64,000 nt of DNA, taken from Tubulanus polymorphus. Taxonomy: Eukaryota > Animalia > Nemertea. The notes under the pieces were generated by a model, which ran no database searches, was not told the DNA's origin, and saw only the letters and a list, made by a program, of their open reading frames with translations. The position numbers and the translations under genes are program-made. The DNA lies in NCBI RefSeq assembly GCF_964204645.1, contig NC_134031.1, positions 20,033,910 through 20,097,909 of the forward strand, written 5' to 3'. This document shows positions 38,301-47,892 of the stretch, piece by piece. Positions within the stretch are counted from its first letter, which is position 1, and each line of letters begins with the position of its first letter.

Positions 38301-40289
38301 GAGCGAAACAGGATTGATTTTGATTCTAAGTTTTAATAATCTTTGCCTTGACAAAAAAGGGGAACCTCGATGGGAATGAAAGGGTCCAGACCACCGAACC
38401 ACCCCCTCGATCCGCCCTGATAATGTAATTCATTATGTAGATTAAGCTAGGGTCTTTATCATTATAGATGCAACATCACTGACCTTGCACCATATTTTAA
38501 CCTGATCACCTAGTTTTACGGGCTCGATTCCAGCACCAGGGTCAACAATAATAGCGTTAGGAGCATTTGTGCGGCGGAAATATTCCTTCGCTATGCCACA
38601 TCCTACATTTCAACGAAAAAAAAATAACGGTTTTGCAAATTTTTTTTATTTCATCAAGTTCTATTTCCAAACTGAAAAAGAATCCTCGTGAAGGTCCACA
38701 CAAGATACTTGGAAAAATGATTTCGATTTTAGTTTAAAAATCTGATTGTTAAACAATCAAATACATCATGATAAACATTATCATTAATCATTGTTTGAAT
38801 TTAGCGGCTCGAATCATTTCAGTGTTCGAATCCTTAAATCAATGGTCGTTTCCTTTCAGAATATAGCTTTCGATAAACACACCTGACGGAACTATATCAC
38901 GCTTACGACGGTTATGCTACTCGCCGTGGTTGAATTCCCGATAGTTTAAGAATGATCGCTTTTTGTCAGATCGCGCTATTCTTGTGTTTACAGAGAACGT
39001 AGACAATGGATCAAACGGTCTCTCGGAAAACTCACCAAGAGGGTACAAATTCCAGTGTAAAATCTCTTTATGAATCGACGCTGAGAAGGTATATATTTCC
39101 TAGGATATGAAAGGGCAGTACTTAAATAAATTGAGCTACCGTAGATTTAGATATAATTTAGGTAAGAAAGTTATATTCTTGATAAACATTAATAAAGCGA
39201 CTAAAGCCTTGACTTTAAAGCCACTATGTACATGTACTTATATTGATAATCATAATAATATTGGAAATCAAGGTAATTTGCAATCCCCCACAATGGTCGC
39301 GGTAGTTTTCATACCAGTTAGATATCTGTATTTCATAAAGAGGAGTGATATATACGCAGAAATTTCCTCTCCTAGAAGATTATTGGGTCACATCGCTAGG
39401 TTTGATCTTAAAATAGAGATCGAACCTGTTATTATCTGATTGGTAGATTTCGCTTGATTTTTTGATTTGGTGTACCTTGCAAACCCACCACACCTGCCGG
39501 GAGCGAAACAGGATTGAATTTGATTCTAAGTTTTAATAATCTCTGCCTTGACAAAAAAAGGGGAACCTCGATGGGAATGAAAGGGTCCAGACCACCGAAC
39601 CACCCCCTCGATCCGCCCTGATAATGTAATTCATTATGAGGGTCTTTATCATTATAGATGCAACATCACTGACCTTGCACCATATTTTAACTTGATCACC
39701 TAGTTTTACGGGCTCGATTCCAGCACCAGGGTCAACAATGATAGCGTTAGGAGCATTTGTGCGGCGGAAATATTCCTTCGCTATGCCACATCCTACATTT
39801 CAACGAAAAAAAAATAACGGTTTTGCCAATTTTTTTTATTTCATCAAGTTCTATTTCCAAACTGAAAAAGAATCCTCGTGAAGGTCCACACAAGATACTT
39901 GGAAAAATAGTTTCGATTTTAGTTTAAAAATCTGATTGTTAAACAATCAAATACATCATGATAAACATTATCATTAATCATTGTTTGAATTTAGCGGCTC
40001 GAATCATTTCAGTGTTCGAATCCTTAAATCAATGGTCGTTTCCTTTCAGAATATAGCTTTCGATAAACACACCTGACGGAACTATATCACGCTTACGACG
40101 GTTATGCTCCTCGCCGTGGATAAATTCCCGATAGTTTAAGAATGATCGCTTTTTGTCAGATCGCGCTATTCTTGTGTTTACAGAGAACGTAGACAATGGA
40201 GCAAACGGTCTCTCGGAAAACTCACCAAGAGGGTACAAATTCCAGTGTAAAATCTCTTTATGAATCGACGCTGAGAAGGTATATATTTC
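35307..40289 (-). CDS. Immunoglobulin-domain surface protein (3 Ig-like domains, furin site, probable GPI anchor), 5' end unresolved
   Basis: Exons in transcription order are 40289-40073, 39792-39674 (or duplicate 38602-38484), 37921-37753, 37619-37536, 37345-37108, 36878-36736, 36595-36411, 35930-35774 and 35410-35307. All are GT-AG, phase-consistent and stop-free, giving ~471 aa. Motifs: RRKR|DIV, VKLGDQVKIWC...LIFYIHSVSYVDVGRYMC, IRCKV...DDGRSLEC, VFVTCSL...HHGVYRF, and the tail NSSNMQQQQQTSLCLLITLTVATIANNRNHF*. Confidence 0.75.
38036..38419. mobile_element. Non-autonomous DNA element with CAGGGCGGAT/ATCCGCCCTG TIRs
   Basis: TIRs lie at 38036 and 38410-38419. The right half is re-copied at ~39360-39620 by the tandem duplication. 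A related degenerate copy lies at ~9250-9487. Confidence 0.65.
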
Positions 40290-40549
40290 CTAGGATATGA
40301 AAGGGCAGTACTTAAATAAATTGAGCTACCGTAGATTTAGATATAATTTAGGTAAGAAAGTTATATTCTTGATAAACATTAATAAAGCGACTAAAGCCTT
40401 GACTTTAAAGCCACTATGTACATGTACTTATATTGATAATCATAATAATATTGGAAATCAAGGTAATTTGCAATCCCCCACAATGGTCGCGGTAGTTTTC
40501 ATACCAGTTAGATATCTGTATTTCATAAAGAGGAGTGATATATACGCAG
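38173..40549. repeat. Tandem segmental duplication, two copies of ~1.19 kb
   Basis: 38173-39359 and 39360-40549 are near-identical apart from a few substitutions and short indels (11 and 13 bp among them). The breakpoints share AAATTT(C/G)CTCT. Confidence 0.95.
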
Positions 40550-40609
40550 AAATTTGCTCTATGGAACTACCATTCATAACTTCATTACACGTATAATCTA
40601 ATCGGAAAG

Positions 40610-41602
40610 ATGGCAATACATTATACGCTAGTTTATTGGTCGGCAGAAATTGAAAATTCATTTATCTACGATGTTAGGAATATGTCGCGAACGCAGTACT
40701 GGTTGACACTAGTAGTTTTACCGACAGTTATTTTCATCGGTATTTTGGGAAATTCGATGACACTGTTTATCATGCAGATGAAGTTACGCAGACGAACGTA
40801 TTCGGTGTATTTCTCTGTAATCGCCGTAACCGATTCGGTCATTCTCGTATCCAGACTTTTATTTTGGGTGAATTTTATACGAAGATGCTTACAACGAGAG
40901 ATTTTGATAACATTTCGTGACACGCCATCGTGCATAGCTTTCAATTATCTACTACACGTTTTCCAGAACGTGTCTTCGTGGTTTATCGCTGTTATATCAG
41001 TGGAACGCTTGGTCTGTGTGGCGTATCCGTTCTTGACCAGACGCTTAAACCGAGTTAGAACGGCTCGGATCATTGCGATATTAGTAGCTTTAGGATGCAT
41101 GCCTTCTGGATTCATATATTTTGTCATCGTTAGATTTTATGCACCGCTGAATCAATGCGTTTACAAAAACATGAATCATTTGAACGCGAGAATAAAATTA
41201 GTCTTTTCTTTAACAGTTTTCTACGTACCAGCCATCATTATCCTCATAGCAAACATACTGCTTTTGATAATTCTTCGATATCGAAAATTTTCAGGCCGTC
41301 GAAACGAACAAGCAGAAAAGAAAGATTCTATGATGAATAGAGGCGTCATTCTAATGACTTTAGTTGTGACATTTTCATTCCTGTTGTTAGGCGCACCTAT
41401 TTGGGTTTTGCAGAGTTTCGTAGCCTATTCGAATCGGCCGAGTGTCAAGATATTAAACGATTTGTTTACTTTGCTTTACGTTGCTAATTACGGTATCAAT
41501 TTTTTTATCTATGTCGTCACAGGTGTCGAGATCAGAAATGAATTGTGCAAAATAATCTTATTTTGTTGCTGTTGCAGTCGTTTTCGACAGGATTTTCGAT
41601 AA
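40610..41602 (+). CDS. Intronless class A (rhodopsin-like) GPCR, orphan/peptide-receptor-like
   Basis: A 330 aa ORF with seven hydrophobic segments and the motifs TM1 GILGN, TM2 IAVTD, TM3 SVERL (DRY variant), TM6 FLLLGAP, TM7 INFFIY and a C-terminal CCCC. Confidence 0.9.
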   Translation: MAIHYTLVYWSAEIENSFIYDVRNMSRTQYWLTLVVLPTVIFIGILGNSMTLFIMQMKLRRRTYSVYFSVIAVTDSVILVSRLLFWVNFIRRCLQREILITFRDTPSCIAFNYLLHVFQNVSSWFIAVISVERLVCVAYPFLTRRLNRVRTARIIAILVALGCMPSGFIYFVIVRFYAPLNQCVYKNMNHLNARIKLVFSLTVFYVPAIIILIANILLLIILRYRKFSGRRNEQAEKKDSMMNRGVILMTLVVTFSFLLLGAPIWVLQSFVAYSNRPSVKILNDLFTLLYVANYGINFFIYVVTGVEIRNELCKIILFCCCCSRFRQDFR

Positions 41603-43958
41603 TCTTCCGGTTACGATACCTGATAAATAATGATTTTTATACTTAGAAACGCATATTCTATGTAAGTTGTGTCGCTGGAGAAGTTGAGATCACCTCAACC
41701 GAGTACAACGACACCTTTCTGAATAAGCAGAGAAATATTATTTATAAAATCCGACCGCTTGTTCTATCAAAACACATGGCCCTGTTACAAGATTATTGCC
41801 GACCGCAAATAATGAATTATAGACATTTATGCTCCGATTCATATTCATTTCAATACAAAAATCAAATATACGGAATGATAACTATTTGAAATCATGCAGT
41901 TTAATCAATTAACTTAGATATCAACTGGTTTAACTCACCGAGACAGACTAAAACAGTAATAACAACAATGTTTCTCATCCTCGTCGTATAGATGTTTATC
42001 ACTCTTACCCGTCGTGGAAAAACTTACCTTTTATATAGTTACCATCAGAACAGGTAAAACGTGTTCAAGTGACCGCTATACATCAGGTACTTTCCATTTC
42101 GATGCATTCAACCGAAAAATTAACGGCTTCAGCCTATTTGATGTTTGTTTCTTATACATGTGTATTTCATGAAAGATATGGATGTGTAAGGGTTTTCAAT
42201 ATGGTGATAGTTTATCACGATTTAAGGATAGTACTTTCCCCGCCGGCAGACGAACACACCCATCTTCTCTTGGTGTGCAGACTGCAGACATCCTCCTCGT
42301 GGTGTGCACGACCATAGACAACTGCAGAAGATTTTTAACCAACGAATTCATGTTTGAATCTTTTTTATGAAGCGTCACTGAGAAAATGTATTTTATCCTG
42401 GGAGATTAAACATTTGTCCATCTATTAAGTGTTAAATTCATTGTATGTGTCGTATGTATTGTGAACTTCCAAAGATAACGTTTTTCTATCCCACAGTTCC
42501 AATGCGTCTTGATTCCAGAGGTCCATTACTCGTTCCACGCTCGAGGCATAACTTCAGTCGACAAACAGTGAAGATTCTAGGTTTGAGTAGCGAGTCGATT
42601 TGAAAATGATGAATGACATAAAAAGAGACGACCAAACTATTCCTGTTGTACCTCAGAAATTCCCGACCCACAACCAAAAAAAAAACCAAGAGAACATTTA
42701 AATCTTATTTTAGGTAGAAATTTTGATTGATGCATTTCGATATACATGTATCAATAAATAATAATTATATAATTCTTTATATTTGAAGATAACTATATAT
42801 GTTTTAATCGATTTATGTATAAATTCGTTTAATCCCGGATTTCGTTGGGTTGAGGAAGAACGTGGAGAATCATAAGTGAACCGTATTTCCGAATGCCGGT
42901 GTCGACCCTATAAAAACAATTAAAACCTTGCGTGAAAATCCAGAAAAAGAGAACACAGCGCATTATTGATACGGGTTCATTCAAACTACCAGAGGTCTCT
43001 AACATAATATGCCACAATGTCCGCTTAGTGTGGGATTTTATATCATCTTTACAACGACACGGACTCAAGAGTGGTGTTTCATCAATGGTTAGGTATTGTG
43101 ACTTTGCGATTTATCTCAGAAGACTTGGAAATATTAGCACGACTAAACATTGAAATCGTCGGGAGCAAATGTTGAAAACTTCCTCCATAATTACATTATA
43201 TAAAAGGTAATCAATAATGCGCTGTTGGAGAGATACAACATATTCAATAGTAACGAAAACTATTATTTTTCCATATTTTCATGTCATAGAAATTCTTTTA
43301 TTTACAGAAGAAATAGTCTATACACATTGTATGTTTGTTAAACAGCGAATAAAACTGATCCAGAAGTGCGACCGATTCATTTTACGATATGAATCGACGA
43401 AAATAAGAACAATTACGAAGGAATAACATTGTTTATGATGTCGAAAGATATTTAAAACATATGTGAAGTTCGGGAACTGTGCGCAAACTACATAATATTA
43501 GCAAAAATATTTCAGCGAGACTAAATCAGTTCAGCAGCTAATATCATTCCATACAAATCATGCCAAGTAGTAAAATCATATCTTTCTACGAACGACGTTC
43601 TAATAATCAACCAAACTAGTCTTACTCTTCCCACTTCTCCACTCATATAAACAACTAGGCCCCTATTTTACCTATTTTCTTATTCATTTGTCAAGTTTCA
43701 TTCCTTATTGACGCAGAGCAAAATTGGGAAAATTCAACACCTAATATGACAGTAACGTGTTAAAATAAATTTCGACAATGAAGCGCTGCTGACGCCAGAT
43801 TTTGCGGCAAAATTTGATCTGATTAAGCTGTCGACATATAATCAAATCATACTTTGTAATTTGGACGTAGATAAACGTAATACTAGGCCATGACCTCGGT
43901 TATACCCTGAAATAATCATTACTCTATATAAAGTTTAACATGAATTACATATTCAAAC

Positions 43959-43964
43959 TTTATT
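43959..43964 (-). terminator. Putative poly(A) signal of RER1
   Basis: AATAAA on the minus strand, ~1.26 kb downstream of the RER1 stop, at the end of an AT-rich UTR-like tract. Confidence 0.4.
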
Positions 43965-45223
43965 ACAAATGTATAATGACTTAATCATAATAAATGAACT
44001 AAAACTGTATTCATTTTCACCCGACTCAAACTCCCGACTTTTCACAGAAAATACCATTCAATCGTTGTTCATGATTACTAATATTTCCAACACAAAATGA
44101 CATCGAAAATGGAATAAAGATGAGAAAAGAATCGGAAAGAAAAACGTTTTTCATGCGACAGTATTTCAGGAATCAGCTAACTGATTGAGGACAGGCGGCG
44201 GATTGAGAGCAATTTGTTCCATTTCTTCTGGAACAGAAATAAGAATACGTTGCGTTAAGTTTGTTCTTTTTTTATTTCACCGAACTGACTTTGAATATAC
44301 AAAGATAATAATCTATCGGTACATGTAAATAGATATATCACAATCTTATTTTGAAATTGCGACGAGGAAAAAATTGGACGCGTGGAAATAAAAAGCAACC
44401 ATGAACAACAATGTGAAAATTCAGGGTGACCACAATCCATACCGATGAACAGCCATTAGAAAGACTGGACAGTTGTTACGATTCACCCCATCCAAATAAT
44501 AAATTTCAAAAACATTCCCTCCCTGTTTTTTTTGATAAATTTTACCAAATTCCTTGCGTCTACCCTAAGAGAAATCAGTTCCATATATTTTCCAGAATCG
44601 TGGTCATCCCGAGATTCAGTGACAACAACAATATCACCAATAAATATCTTAAGTGTGTCTGAGTGATTGTATAAATATTGGATTTGGTCGTGGAGTCAGA
44701 AGATGTAACTCCTCAAATCAGTGTCTGAGTTCGATATCGCGTTTGAAAAATCCACTACATTCCGTTATATACCGTATTTACAAAAAAAAATATTGGATCC
44801 ACTCGGCAATTCAAATAGTTTGCACGTATACCGTTTGGTTTCTCATTGATGCCACCCATAGAGATTATTCTATATAAGTTGTCTAGTTGGTGAGTTTGTG
44901 GGAACCCCTCAATCGAGTACAATTAACATCTATAAATAACTAGAGAACTGGTCACTTATTTCTCTGACGGCGAAATCTTTCCGAACTAAAGACCTCAATG
45001 AGGTTTTTGTCCGGATATTTTCTTCTATTTCTATCATGAAAAGTGTACGATGAATTACCGCACGAGAACAGCACTAACGAAGCACCTCATCGGAGTACAG
45101 TGTTTTCAACCGAGAATTAAATCCTTTTATTATCGCTATGGCAAATTCACGAGAAGGGCGGCCCACATCCACATTCACTTTTTCAGTAACAACTACGAAT
45201 ACAATGAATATTCATTCACACTC

Positions 45224-46930
45224 TTAATGAGCTGTCACCTTACCGGTGTCTTCTTTACCCTTGTATTTAGTCTTGCCGTGGCTAAAAGGTAGATATCTAT
45301 ATTTGATCATATGCTGAAAATGGAAAAAGAAACGCACTATTAGAATATAGTAATTTCGACTAACTACATCATCATTGAAAGCAGCTTAAATCGTTTTAAT
45401 TTGTTTGCTCCTTAGGGGATATTACCTAAGGGGATCGTAACTTGGGCGATTTTTACATTGCGGTCACAAACCAGACAATATCAAATTTATTATTCGACTC
45501 ACCCTGATTTGGCGTTTCATTGTAATCGTAAAAAGAATGAAGAAATACATGACAAGAATTGGCCAGAACACCGGAACATTGAGAGCGTCGAAACACGTAC
45601 AAAACATCGCTAATACAACAGCTTTAGTTGATGAATACCTGAAAAATTGTTCATAAGAAAAATAACTTCTAAATACCAGGATTTCACACATAATATTTTC
45701 ACATTTTTTCGCATCAAGATACAATAACCTAACAGCATGTGGCATAAAAAGAGAATCAAAACGTTTTTACTTTTCTTGAATTATTCAAATATTTTCTAAT
45801 GATTTTTCCACATTCTTTTAAGCGCAGACATCCATTCTTCCCATCAATCTCATAACTAAATGATTACCATCTTATCTGGAAAACCATGAACTACCGGACT
45901 ACTACAACGGATGAAAAACTTACCAGAATTTGAATTCGGGTAAACGTCTCATGAATGGCCTAAATTCTTCGTTCGATTTCGTCGGTAAAGAAGGACCGTC
46001 TTCATCTGGAGTTGAAATGAAATAAATTTACTGTTTACAAAGCGAATTCAAGTTACAGTAAAACTAACTCGCCAAAGTCAGACCGCTGTAAATCTGAAAA
46101 TTGGCCAATATAAGTCCACAATTTTCCTGTGTCGAATGGTATTTAACTGACCTATTTCGTCATGCATCGCAGGATCTATCTTAGGTGTTAGGAAGGCTAT
46201 AAACAAATTCAGTTCGTAAATACCGAGAGCGTACGTCACAATATACCAGCCCTACGAAAACAATTACAATGCAGTTAAGATTGATAGATTTAGGCCAGCT
46301 ATCCAGCCAGATGACATGCACACCAAAAGGCATCCTCGCTTGCCAGGGTTTGATTGCCTCATGTCAACCCAAACCCTGGCTGCAGTTGAGAGGGAACCAA
46401 AAAGTCTTGGACGATGTAATAAACCAATGAAGGAACTGCAGCCAGTGTGTATTGGCGTGAGGCAATCAAACCCTGGCAAGCGATGAAAAAGGACCACTTA
46501 AGATCAAAATTCATTTCCAACGAGGACTCTTTATTCGACTGTGGCAATCTGGCATCGTTGTCCTCAGGCAAACTAGCGCCACCTGAGGGGGGTCCTCGCT
46601 TGCCACAGTCAATCTCATTTGACATGTAAATCAAAATATTGATTTGCAACTGACCTGTAGAAAAAATACTCTAAGGAAATAGAGTATTAGTAGAGCAGCT
46701 GTTCCACCCCATCGGCCGATTGTGTACGGTGTTGATTTATCTAAATAATATTGATGTATCTAAAAGAGAAAGAATGAGCTAAAAATAGCCATCAGGCAGC
46801 GATAACAGATTCTCTGTAAGCTCAATATGGTTGATAATTTGTAACATACCTCCCAGTAACGACGGTAGGCTCGTGATATCGCACCCGGTTGATTGGATGA
46901 TTGTGAATCACCCGGTAATGTATCCGACAT
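45224..46930 (-). CDS. RER1: Protein RER1 (Golgi-to-ER retrieval receptor), 197 aa
   Basis: Exons are 46930-46850, 46759-46655, 46251-46152, 46005-45924, 45638-45503 and 45313-45224 (594 nt). The translation includes [44 protein letters not shown] and [13 protein letters not shown]...[20 protein letters not shown]. Confidence 0.97.
46336..46483. mobile_element. Fold-back element in RER1 intron 2
   Basis: TCGCTTGCCAGGGTTTGATTGCCTCA pairs with TGAGGCAATCAAACCCTGGCAAGCGA, with an inner CTGGCTGCAGTT/AACTGCAGCCAG pair. A second hairpin GACTGTGGCAA/TTGCCACAGTC lies at ~46538-46610. Confidence 0.7.
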
Positions 46931-47892
46931 CTTTCACCAACTAATGAATACCTACAATCATAACTACAGATTATAACGGTTCAGAACTGCAGACGATTCA
47001 TAGCCTTACTGAAAACAGACAACCATCCTCCTTCTAATCTACGTCAAATTGACACAAGACAAATAATACTTGAAAACAGTTTCTATACAATAAACCAAGC
47101 CTACTCCAATTACAATTTTACCAACAAGTATAACTTTCTAGCTTAGAACAATTCAAATTCTGTCGTCCCGTTTAACTGTTTTTGCAACGACAGGATCCCG
47201 ATTCCCGGGCACAGAGAGTAACATCGAAAAAGTAAAAGTAAAACTAAGGAAACCCGGAAGTAAAATTTTACTGCCGGCCAGTGACAAAACGGCTTTGTTG
47301 TCATATTTCCTCAACAGAGAAATGGATAATAATTGCAGTAACCCTAGCCACCATCCTCATTACCTGATTGATGCGCTTAATCTGACCCTTACAAACCACG
47401 GCTGCTAATTAATCAACTATCTCTCACGTCATTAATTAATTCTCAAAGCTCGGTTCCACGTCAACTCGTTTCCGGTGTCGGGCTGGTCAACCCTAGATCG
47501 TAGTCGCTAGATCCTCAATAATCGCGACGGAGCCACCCGCTCCATCGGGTCGACATTCGATCGTAGTCAGAAGACGACGAATCAAATCAATTCAACCAAT
47601 GAAATAAAATTTAATTGACGCTGGATTATGGAGCCGTAATCGAGTCGTCGAAAAAGATTCATTTATCAATCAATCAATTAAACAATATTTCACCACAACC
47701 AACCACAATCATCATTAGTGGATATAGTTATGATAATATTGGGCCATAAATATTGTAGTTTATTGACCGGGTTAAAGCTTGTGTGTGTTGTCATAATTAA
47801 TTCACCGGACCCTCAAAAAGTATTTTGTATTACTTAGCAAATTCAAATTAGCTATATTGCTATTAGTTAATAATTGCACTTCACTGCCAAAA
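46931..47892. promoter_or_regulatory. Bidirectional promoter region between RER1 and DIS3L2
   Basis: The divergent start codons are ~960 bp apart. There is an ETS-like CCGGAAGT at 47254-47261 and a CpG-rich patch at ~47450-47650. Confidence 0.6.

Noticed and set aside
39107-40596. Duplicated plus-strand ORFs starting MKGQYLNK
   Set aside because: They have no recognisable motif, are explained by the tandem duplication, and the coding signal is on the minus strand.
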